DNA of 24,168 bases from Vitrella brassicaformis CCMP3155. Taxonomy: Eukaryota > Protista > Chromerida. The notes under the pieces were generated by a model, which saw only the letters and a program-made list of their open reading frames with translations, was not told the DNA's origin and did not search any database. The position numbers and the translations under genes are program-made. Shown piece after piece: positions 10,566 to 21,016 of this stretch. Location of the stretch: assembly GCA_001179505.1 (NCBI GenBank), contig CDMY01000752.1, positions 1-24,168 on the forward strand. Direction: 5' to 3'. Position 1 is the first letter of the stretch; each line of letters begins with the position of its first letter.

Positions 10566-11350
10566 GTGATCGCCAATATGAAGCAGGAGAGTGGATGCGT
10601 TGCAGCGGTCCACTGTTTGTTTGCTTGGTGCATCAGGTTGTATGGTGGCCAGCCCTATGTGAAGCGATAGCTGGGTGTGAGATGTCTCAGGAACTGTCAC
10701 AACTTCTACAACCAGCCATTGCCGCGAGCGCTCCCATTTGGTGTGGCAAACACACACTCTCACTCTCACTTAATCCGCCCCAGCCAGAGACACCGTGTGT
10801 GCGTCTCACTCATGCAGGCTTTCGCGAGAAGCTCCCTGCCAGCCCGACAGCAGCTATCAACAAAGGCACATGCAAGAGACAGGATCACTCTCGCCGCTTT
10901 CATCCTTTCATGTCTCTGTTTGATTGATATGAAAGGGGCTGGTCAGATGAAGAGGGCCCTTTCGAACATCGTGTCGGCCGAGGAGACCATGAGCGAGAGC
11001 CAGGATGGCGATGATGCGGACGCAGCAGCACACCGGCAGTCGCAGCTCAAACGCGTCACACAGGACATGCAGCCGAAACAAGAGACTGATGACTGATGAC
11101 TGGGTCAGGGCATCCGACAGTGCACATGGAGCAATCAGCCATATTATGTGTGTGTGTGTGTGTGTCTGCTTCAGGTGACGAGTGGCTGAGTGAAGATCGG
11201 AGAGATGCAACACGTCTTGTGGCTAGCAACACGCACACACGCTAATTCATGGCTGACGAGGTCAATTTCAATTCATCTTGAAATTGAGGAGTCGGTGTCT
11301 CACGAACCAACAGATATAAAATGTACGCAACGATTGCCTGGCTCCACCAC

Positions 11351-13277
11351 TCACTCTCTTTGGCTGACCACTCCGAGGCGCCACTCCGAGGGGGCAATGC
11401 AAAAGCGGCTCGTCTGCAAAAGCTCTCGCAGCTGCTATGCACAAAAACACATATCACAAGTCGTCACACATATCACCCACATACAGACATATCACACAGA
11501 GACACACTCGATCTCTCTCCCATGCAACATAGGGTGCTGGCGTGACCTTTAGGGTCTCTTCCGACGGTTTTACTGTGGTGTCCGGCATCTTCTCTGTTAT
11601 GTGGAAGCGACTGCCTGCCAGCAAAACCTGGTACTTAATGACCTTCATAGCAAGCCTCCTCAATAGGTTGGTCTCCTGCTCGTGGCTCGGCAACCACCAA
11701 CACATACACCTGATCCACCCAATAGCATCAAAGATGGAAAGTCAATGAGGTGGGTAAGGGGTCTCTATATAGGTGCTTATCCATCTACCTTAGCTGACAT
11801 CATAGACGCCAGCCAGACAAGGAGTTCTGAGGACATGTTGGACCTCCACTTCCCAGCAGCAGTTGCCGCCACCGTATCCGGGCTATGGTGGCTATCAGAG
11901 TGTGTGGGCCTACTGCCCCACGCAGCCAATGCCCAGTGAGGGCGATGCCTCTGTGGGTCTCGCCTCTTCCCGTCCTTCTCCCACTGCTGGACCAATGTCC
12001 AGTCCATGTGTCAGTCCATGTCGACGCTGCGCGGGTATTCTCGTGTGATGTTCGTTTTGCCGGGCTCTGGCCGCGTGACCATTTGTTTAATGCGCTCCAC
12101 TTCGGCATAGTCTTTTTGAGCAGTGAGCTGGTCCATCACTACACGTATGTGCACAGAAAGGAAAAATGAGCGGGCATGTCTCGAGTACTTAATCGTACTG
12201 GTGGTGGTGGCCAGTTGTTCCTTGAGTTTTGCGTTCTGTGGGCGCATTCATGAGACCACAACAGCACAGAGACGGCAGAGAATGAACCACGTGTGTTATT
12301 TGCCTGCTGCTGTCTGTCTTTTTGTTTGCGTGAGTACCTCGGCTTCCAGTGATTGAATCTCGGCAGCCATGGCTTTCTTCTCGGCCTCCAACGCCTTGCT
12401 GGCCTGCTGCTCGATGGATGCACACACAAGCGGACACAGGCAGGCACGTGTCCTCGTCCACACGCGCGTGGGTCATTCATTCTGTTCTTCTGACTTATGT
12501 CCCTCTGGGCCAGCATCTCCAGCAGGACTTCCTGCACATGTGAAAGAACGCACCATGACGCACGCGTCCACACAGCACCGATCGATCGACTCATGCATCG
12601 CACCCACCTGTCTGTCTTTGAGTTTGACGACTCTTGACTGGTAGATGAGGGCCCTGTCCTTCCACTCCTTGAGCTGTTCTGCGTACAGGCACAGAGGAAG
12701 GGAAGGCGGGCGGGGCGGGCAGCGTTTATGCCGGCCAGTACGTGTGCCGTTGCTGACTACCGACTCACCCTGGAGGTATTCCTTGTCCTCATAGAGAAAC
12801 ACGATGTCCATCCCCCTTCCAGCCACCATCAGCCCTTCTATACGTCTGTAGGCCGCGACCGCCGCTCCTCGGAGGCGGGTGGCCGCGACCTCCATACGGC
12901 CAATCTGAAGTCGACAACAGGCGACCAACCAATATGTAATACTGACCGGTGCAGGTGGCTTAGGAGTTGTGTGTGTGTGTCTGTGTTTGTGCGTACTGAG
13001 ACTGCTGGTGTCGCTGTTGGTGGTAGAATGCCGTCGATCCCATGACAGACACCTGACAGACGCCCACACGACACACAAACACGACAGTGATGGAGGGATG
13101 ATGCCAGCCCTCCACCCCCGTCACCACCCCCATACCCACCATACCCATATTACCGCTGCCCCGCCTGCTGCCCCAACTGCTGTGCCGCATGCCCGTGAGC
13201 AGGAGGGGGGTGGCCTGTGCCGTAGGAGTGCCCAGGCGCTGCAGCGCCTGGAAAAGCGGTAGGGTGGGGCTGGGCAT
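11351..13277 (-). CDS. Hypothetical multi-exon coiled-coil protein (both ends uncertain)
   Basis: Phase-consistent exons 12904-12769 (IGRMEVAA...EDKEYLQ) and 12678-12608 (EQLKEWKDRALIYQSRVVKLKDRQ), then EVLLEMLAQR, QASKALEAEKKAMAAEIQSLEAE, NAKLKEQLATTT, MDQLTAQKDYAEVERIKQM; plausible downstream exons to QLRELLQTSRFCIAPSEWRLGVVSQRE* (11351). Several junctions unresolved; no family recognised. Confidence 0.55.
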
Positions 13278-13964
13278 ACGGGCGGTGCGGCGGTGGGCCA
13301 GCGTACCACCATCGAACGAGGCGTGGCTGAAAAACTGCAAAGCCAGAATGTGGACGAAAATTGCGAAGGAACTTTCAAAATCCGGAAAATCAGGGTTTGC
13401 AGGTTCTCACTGTCTCATCGCGAAAATCTTGCCGCACGCGCATTCGCTTTCTGCGAACAGCAGCAGGTCAGAGAACGAAGGCAGAGGCAGAGAGCATAGC
13501 TGCTGCCGCAGACGGAGTCATTGCATTAAATCCCCTTCACTTTCGGCAGGCCGTGCGGCAGTCGTGTGGTGTGTCTCTCTGTGTCTGTCTGTCTGTCATT
13601 TCTGCCGCCTGCCACTGCCGCAGACAGACATGACACACGATTGGGAAGCGTACATGAATGAGCTCTGACGACTTTGATGAGGGGCAAATGAGTGAGTGCA
13701 TCGTTCAATCAATCATTCATTCCAGGTCTTGACAAAGACGTACACTTACTGAAACAAACACCCCCCCTTCCAACTGACTGAGCACGTGTGTGCACACACA
13801 AACGTATCAACACCAAAGGCTGTTCTATCTACAGACAGGCACACACAAACGCACAACGTACACTAGCTACTTGGAAACAAACAATTACTTCTTCGACGCA
13901 CACAGCCCCCGACACACACAGCTCACACCTGGCCCGCCCCCTGCCACCTCATCAGTCACTTCAC

Positions 13965-14898
13965 TCACTCTTCGGCCAGCCGACTGCACGTGTGCCGCAC
14001 CTGTGTCTGGAAGTACCGGTAGAAGGATCGCTCCGAGCAGCTGCCCCACTCGTCACTGATGCGGCTGGCGCAGCTCTCCGTGAACCAATAGTCGGCATCA
14101 CTGACACACGTCTGCCGCTCCACCAGGTAGCACACGGCGTCAGATGGAGTGATCAGGGATGACTCGCCGATGAGGCACTGGGACTGGGCGAAGCTGCAGG
14201 CGGCGTGCGCGACGCCCTGTGCCACCCTGTCGTTGAAAGCCGAACATGAAGTCTCCTCGCCTGAGGGATTCGAAGCACCGACAGACACCATGCTGTGCTT
14301 TGTTTGTCAAAAGGCTCTTCTGTCTGTGTCGTGTGTGCCCATGCATCCTACCGGAGTCAGCGAGGTGCCTTTCCTCGGCGGTCACACCGTCCCAGTCAGG
14401 CTGGCAGGGGGTCCCCTCACCATCTGCGCACCGCGGCGCTGCAGCCCTCAAGGACCTCCCCGGTGAGGGCAGTGACACCACCGCACAGATCCCCTGCGTC
14501 CTCTTGGTGTAGAAGGCGTTGAACTGCGCCTCGCTGCATGTGCCGAATCTGCCGCTGACTGACGTCTTGCACATGGAGAGGGCGAGGTCCACCTGCTTGG
14601 TGCAGAAGGGCTTGTCCACGGTGTAGCACACGTTGGTGAACGGGAACCGCTTCACCCTCGATGTGGGCTTGATGATCTGGCATTGTGTTTGAGCATACAG
14701 ACAGGCCGCTTGGGAAATGCGCTCCTGAGCGGTGCTGGTGAAGGAGCCACACGCTGACACGGACGGACAGCGAAAAAGAATGACGCGCCTCTTTGCCTGT
14801 TGTGTGCACACACATGCGCATCGCATACCTGAAGGGACAGATGAGGATATCGGCAGGGCAACAAGAAGGCCGAAGACGATGGTGAGAAGACGCTGCAT
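13965..14898 (-). CDS. Secreted cysteine-rich protein with two tandem 8-Cys repeats (3 exons, ~232-255 aa)
   Basis: Signal peptide MQRLLTIVFGLLVALPISSS in exon 14898-14829; exon 14753-14352 (or -14421 with the alternative GTGAGG donor); exon 14260-13965. Two aligned ~88-aa Cys repeats. Confidence 0.85.
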
Positions 14899-15089
14899 CG
14901 GAGGGGCGTTGGAAAGATCCTTGGAGTGGGCTGCTTGCAGATGGTGGATGTTGCTCTGCGATGTTTCTCAGCATCTCAACGCAGCGCCAGATCTCGGGGC
15001 TCTCCATCTTTCAAGCTCGCAAGATCTCCGATCGCACCGACGACGTTCGTTCGTTCGTCGGCGCAGCTGATGTCAGCAGAGTGACGTTC

Positions 15090-15347
15090 ATGCTTTCGGC
15101 CTTGATATTTGCACTGCTGATCTTCCTGTCTCCCATCGAGGAGTCCGGCTTGCCAGCCGTCGGAGGCAACACCAACCAAGCGCCGATGCGAGATCTCCAG
15201 CGGTATTATGCATCTAACATTGGGCAGTGCTTGACGGGGTCGGACCCTGTGGCGTGCTTGAAGGGGTCGGCCAGCTCACGGCTGCGGAGGGACCGTCCGA
15301 GACTGGGCAAAATCAACAATGGAAGAGGGAACGGTTCGCGGCAGTGA
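15090..15347 (+). CDS. Putative small secreted protein (~85 aa)
   Basis: MLSALIFALLIFLSPIEES signal-like start, one C-x8-C pair (CLTGSDPVAC), basic C-terminus; head-to-head with the 14898 gene. The 3' end may be spliced differently. Confidence 0.5.
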   Translation: MLSALIFALLIFLSPIEESGLPAVGGNTNQAPMRDLQRYYASNIGQCLTGSDPVACLKGSASSRLRRDRPRLGKINNGRGNGSRQ

Positions 15348-15782
15348 ATGAAGACGTGCACAGGGACAGGACGGAAGGGGACGATGGGAAAGCTGCAGCT
15401 GCAGCTGCAGCCAGCCAGCCAGCTGCCGGTGGTGTTTGTTTTTCGGTTGTTTTCATCGGACCGTGACTGTCTGCGTGTCTCTTTGTGCGTGGACGATGGA
15501 TGAGTGAGGGCTGAGCTGTTGTGCATTGCAACACACCATCGCATCACTCACTGGCTAGCTGTGTGTACAATGCGGCCATTCATTCTTGCTGGGTGTCCAG
15601 ACGATGTCAGCCATCCATCCGTCCAAGTCAGGTATACACCAGAGCGACCCTTTTGCTAATCACGTCGCTTCTCGCCGTTTGCCTTGTCCAGTCCGCCCTC
15701 GTGTTCTCTGCCACCCACGGTCCGACTACTGTACCATGATGTGAGCGGGATACACTTTGGGCACACTTGAGACTCATTCAAT

Positions 15783-18700
15783 TCACAGCAGGTTGCTGTT
15801 GCTGTCCATCTCTGCAGGCAAAACACAAACGCGCACAGCACACACACGTATGACCACATCACAGAAAATCCGACTGTATGTCTCTCTCTCTGTCGCACCC
15901 GTCAGTGGCTGCGAGCCAGTAGGGGGCGGCGGGAGGCGAGGGACCTGACAAACAGAAGACCACACACAAAGAAAGAAATCTCCCCAAGCACCTCACCTCC
16001 TCTCCCGGCCAAATCTACGCCCACCATTTCGTTGGCAGCGGCCAGTCCCGCCCTTCGCGAGTATGCCCGCGCCCCGGGGGCCTCGCCGCCCTCCATGCAG
16101 AGCAGGTCGCGCACCTCATCCTCGGCAGCCGACTTGTTGTCCTCACCGCCACCGCCCCGCCAGCCCACAGAAGCGCCACGTCGGGTGGGGGAGAAGTTCT
16201 TGTCGCCACCGGGGCTGCGGTTGGTGGCACCACCACGGATCTGTGGGGGGTGGATGGGCAAGAGAGGACAGAGGGAGGGAGTCCATGTGAGTGAGTGTGT
16301 GTCTGAGTGAGTGTTGGGAGAAGAGGGGACAGGGGGGAGAGGGGGAGGGGGTTTGGGTACCGCAGAGTCGCCGATGAATGAGAGGTCTGTGTCGTCGTCA
16401 CCGAAGCCGTCCATCTGAGTGGCACCTGCAGGGGAGAAAGGACGGGAGAGTTTGTGGTGCATAACTCGATGATGGCGTGCTTGCCCTGCCCACCAGGCCG
16501 TTTGCTGCTCCTGATGACTGTGTATTTGATGTGGGCGAAGGGGTCGAACCCTGGATGGATGCAGTGCACACAATGACAGACATGTGTTGATGGACGCAGA
16601 AACGACACACAATGGCCGGCCATGGGACTCACTCACCGTATCTGCTGAAGATGCTGCCGTATTGCGGATGCCTCGACAGCCAGGTGGATATGGCCAGCAA
16701 GATGGCCAGCACAAGCAGAACCAACAAGACCAAATAGGCACCTGCATGACATGATGCAGAAGGACACAGACACACAGGGGGAATCAAGCCAAGCCCGCGG
16801 AGCCCCTGACTGACGTCATCCCAAAGACAAAGAAAGACCTTTGCCGAATGGCGATGTGTGTGGACAGGGCACTGCCACCGGTGGCGGCACCCAGCCGCCC
16901 TCACAGATGTCCCCCGGTATCTTGCGGTAAGCACTCTGACGATCGATGCACACAGACGGACAGCAGAGCAGAGCAGCAGAGTTTATATGGTGTGTTGACG
17001 GAAGTGTTAAAGTGGCTGGGTGCGTGACGTGACTTCTCCCACCCCGTAGAAGATCCCTCCCGAGGTGCAGTTGGCGGTGGTCAGTTTGGGGTCGTCGGGG
17101 ACGCACTCCATGCTGCCCACCTGCACTCACACACACATAGGGAAACACAGAGCTGCACGTCCCAGTCAGTCTGACAGGCTCACCCACCCTCCGTGTGAAG
17201 CCCATCTCGCACTGGAAATCCTCCTGGGTGCATGCACACGCCTGTACAGGTACACACACATATCGACACATATTAGAACGCATCAGACAGACATGTGTGT
17301 GTGGGTGAGTGCCATCAGGGAGGAGCTGCTGCCGTGCCGTCTGGCCCACCTTCCTCTCCACAGGACGGTCGAAGTCCCGGCCGTTGAAGCACTCGGAGGT
17401 CTGCTTGCGACGAGTGTAGGTGATCTGACCAGCAGGCAGACAGGCAGGCAGATAGGCAGGCAGGCAGGCAGGCGGCACACACCAATCAAGTCACAGAATC
17501 CATGAGAATCAGAATCTTCATCGTTCGCCCACCAACCTGTCTGCCGAGGACGCATCGGTCGTTTCGGCGTCCATCTGTGGGGGTCCATGTCTCGTAGTCG
17601 GACGACACGGAGTCCGCCGCCCACACACCCTACAAACCACACACACACACACACATACAGAGGGCGGTGCAAATGTGTGTCGGGGATGGAGGGAATGAGT
17701 ACGCTGCACTGAGGTTGGCCGAGGGCTTTGAAGTCGAGGTAGTACAACACACCCTGACGGACGGAGGGAGGGAACGATCACACGTGTGCGTGTGCAGGGG
17801 TGTAGGAGGTATGTATGGTTGCGCCTTACGGTGTCGGCTCTGCTGCCGTATAGCAGGAACTCCATGGAAGTCATGTTGGGCTCAATCACGATGTTGTCTA
17901 CCTGCAATGCATCCACAGCCAGCCATCACCCCCATTCATGTGTGCGAAGGGAGAGGGGCTCTCACTGGCTGGCCATCCACGTGTGTGGTGTGTTTGGTGT
18001 GCGACCTCTAGGGGGTATTGTCCCAGGTCGAAGTCATACCAGCTCTGACCCTCATTCCACGAAAAGACCACCTGCATCGCATCGACAAGCACAGGCAATC
18101 CATGTGTGTATCAGGGATTAGTGCATTCCCCACCCACCTGTTTGGTGTATTTGATGTCGTCTGCCATGACGATGAGGCCGCCGTGGTCGCCAAACTCATA
18201 GATGTACGAGCCCTTGTGTGCCTCCACCCAGGTCTGCCCGCCGTCTCGAGAAAGGTACGTGTTGACCTGACGCGCCATCCATCCATCCATCCAACCTATA
18301 CCCTCTCCCTCCCTCCCTCCCTCCCTCCCTCTCCCTCTCTCCCTTGCCGCCTGTTTGCATGCTCACATCGTCTTGTTCGAATCTAAGGTGAGGTCCGATG
18401 TTGCCCGTGCCGATGATGAGCCCAACGGCGCTGTCGACGGCGTAGAAGGGGGCGTACTTGTGGTGGTTGGTCACGCCATGCAGGTGCAGCCAGCAACGGT
18501 CCGGCGGGCAATCGATCTTCTGGCCTACAGGTCGGTCGGCAAACATGGACTCGTGGCGTGGATGGCATAGCATACATCGCTCTACGGCTATGCCATGGAT
18601 GGAGTACCTCGGGAGTCGACGGTGGGCGCCACCAGGTACCTCCACGCCGAACCCTGGCGAAAGCAAACGACGAGAAGTGACGGGTGTGATTCATTCGTGC

Positions 18701-20864
18701 TGCTTCTCATTGATGGAGATGGTTGCGTGGATGTGTGGGTGCCTTGTCGAAAGAGATCGCCGTCCGAACCACGTCCTCGCTCTTCGCCTACACCCACCCA
18801 CCCATTGGACGCGTCAGCGGATAGATGGATGGATGGATGGCTATGCCTGTCTGCCTGCCTGCCTGCCTGCCTTCGGGTGGGCAGGGCATGTGCGTACCCT
18901 AGCGTCAGGCCCTCGCCTCCGGTCTACTTGTGTCTCGGTGGCCTCATCCTCCTGCATAGCAATGTCACACACAGACAGACAGAGGGAGGGAATGTGTGTG
19001 GTGTTTGTGGTGGCCTGTTTGTGTACTTCCTCTTCGTAGCTGGCGTCCTCCTGCTCCTTGCGGCTCTCATTGGGCAGCTTCCCCGCACTGATGCGCCCAT
19101 GAAAGATGCATATGTGATGGGATGGGAATCTGTTCTGTGTGGTCACTTGTTGGGGTCGTCTTTGAAGTTGGCAATATAAACGCCATCAAGACTGCGAATC
19201 TGACCACACCACACACATGTCTCAGGAAGCATTGATGGCATAGGGGCAGGATGTCAAGGAGATCACATACCCGGTCGAATTCGCATTCCCCCGCCCTGTT
19301 GCGGACGTTGTTTGCGAGGGTCAGGCTGTACCGCAGACCAGCGGCATCCGACACATAAACATTGCCGGTGCCGGTGCGCTCGGCCTGGTCCCCGTGGTTG
19401 GCGTGTATCATGACGACGCCCGAAGAAGTGTCCAGGATGGTGTAGGAACGCTCCTGAAGCTCGAGCGACATCTGATGAATATATAATGACATGCACACGT
19501 CGGCACATATGAATGACAACCCCCCGTCGCCCATCCACAAAGCGTCCACACCGCAGCTTGGTGGAATGTCTTGGCGCCGTCGTTGCTGACCATCATCTTG
19601 ACCGTCTGCTTCTCAATGTCGTCCACCTGCACACCCACACAGACATACAGAGGGGGGAGAGAGTGATGCAACCATACCGCCTGTACGTCCATGTGCGTGT
19701 GTGCTCACTGACCACAGCGACGAATATGTATCCGTTAGAGACGAGAAACTTGTTGCCGCCGTGGACCAGCCGGTGCATGGACTTGCCAAAGTTCTCCGTG
19801 TGGGAGAAATGCACGTCATGGGACTGCATCCGCGTGCATCCACGCAAACAAACACGAAAAAAGACCTTCATGTGCATGTATGACGAGTTCAGAATCCCAC
19901 ACACGTACCCAAGCGGAGAACTTGGGTTGGTCTCCGTGTTTGTGTCGCCATGAGGTGACGTATATGCGGTCGAAGTGTCCGGACTTGACGTCGCCCCAGG
20001 AGAACTGCACCACATAGGCCGTCACCAGCTCGAACGTTCTCCCCAGGTCCTTGGTCACGTACAGCATGTGCACACACGGAGACGCTGCACACACACACAC
20101 ACACACACAGCCGCCCTTCGTCAATCAGTCAACCAACACACACATCGCGTGTATGATGCCTCCGCCAATGCGTACCGTCTCCGGTGACAAGTGTGATTGC
20201 CTGCCCCCTCTTCTCTTTGCAGCTGTCGGGCCACGTCGACAGCAGCGCCCACGTGGGCCGCTTCGGGTGGAACACCCACGAGTGTATGGGCGTCCTCTGC
20301 TTGAGCCGTCGGAAGGTCCGCGCGGCGTCCTCTGATATGAAGTGCGTGTGGTGGCTGCCCACCACCAACACGATGCTGGGCTGCACCGAGCTGACCACCA
20401 CGGAATCCACCAACATGGATGCACCGCCCGATTCCTCATCTCCTGCACTCACTCACCCATCGCCAAATCCCCACACACCGATGTTCAAACGTCCATATAT
20501 AATAGCTATGGACATATATGTATATTCGTTGTACACATCGTACCGATGAGGTGTGAGGTGATTTCTGTCCAGTCCTTGCCGGCGTTGTCGCTTCGGTAGA
20601 GTCGCTTCTTGAGGGTCCGCAGCAGGACGGTACGGCGGTCGTGGCCAGCCCACTTGATGGACTCGATGGTGCTGTCAAAGCTGGTCTCAGTTATCATCAC
20701 TGCAAATGCCAATATCGACACATGAGGCATGCATCCGTGTGCATTCCTCGTCTATTCTTCCATTCCCTGGCTCATCGCATACCTTTCCTCTCGCCGAGCT
20801 GAGCACGGACTGGCTGTGGCAGCGCTGATGCCGCCAACAGCGCGAGGACGCCCAAGGCGATCAT
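15783..20864 (-). CDS. VPS10: Sortilin / Vps10-domain receptor, apicomplexan SORTLR-type (~28 exons)
   Basis: Signal peptide MIALGVLALLAASALPQPVRA; TSFDSTIESIKWAG, LYRSDNAGKDW and repeated BNR/Asp-box motifs (VTKDLGRTF, VSNDGAKTF, SFDKGSAW, LSRDGGQTW, SWNEGQSW); WLHLHG...GTGNIG; YEFGDHGG; Cys-rich 10CC region (SDYETWTP..CVLG, CTQEDFQCEMGF, AYRKIPGDICEGG); TM LVLLVLLVLAILLAISTWL; tail ends MDSNSNLL*. Confidence 0.96.
18654..18742 (-). other. GC-AG intron in sortilin
   Basis: Joining AAG|gcaccc...gccag|GGT restores the conserved ISFDKG..W motif; no GT occurs before an in-frame TGA. Confidence 0.85.
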
Positions 20865-20878
20865 TTTACGACGCCCAA

Positions 20879-20938
20879 CTGCAGCAAATGCATCTATATG
20901 GCCATGAAACCATGCATTCCTCCTGTTTCCTTACCTAC
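20879..20938 (-). other. Probable 5'-UTR intron of sortilin
   Basis: CAG|GTAGGTAAG donor and ttgctgcag acceptor 14 nt upstream of the ATG at 20864 (60 nt). Confidence 0.55.
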
Positions 20939-21016
20939 CTGACTTGCCTTGACGACGATTTGAATTTACGAAGTCACTAAGTCCCAACCTCTTTTTCGCC
21001 CCAGTTCCAGTCAAGA

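Noticed and set aside
10944-11096. Acidic ORF MKRALSNIVSAEETMSESQDGDD...
   Set aside because: Short, no motif, and it cannot be convincingly spliced to neighbouring genes; may be UTR.
11589-11599. ACAGAGAAGAT on the minus strand, resembling the U6 snRNA ACAGAGA box
   Set aside because: Only 11 nt match; flanks do not fit U6 and the site lies in a probable coding exon.
12008-12013. Single TGA between two same-frame minus-strand ORFs (SVDMD*HMDWT), suggesting selenocysteine or readthrough
   Set aside because: A 93-nt GT-AG intron (12079-11987) can skip it in frame, and no SECIS could be supported.
14819-14828. Identical 10-nt intron start GTATGCGATG in the first coding-region introns of the Cys-repeat gene and sortilin
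   Set aside because: Six of the ten bases are close to donor consensus; the rest is expected by chance.
15631-15739. Hydrophobic plus-strand stretch VYTRATLLLITSLLAVCLVQSALVF as a possible TM/GPI exon of the 15090 gene
   Set aside because: No clear in-phase donor links it; it lies just downstream of the sortilin stop, in its probable 3' UTR.
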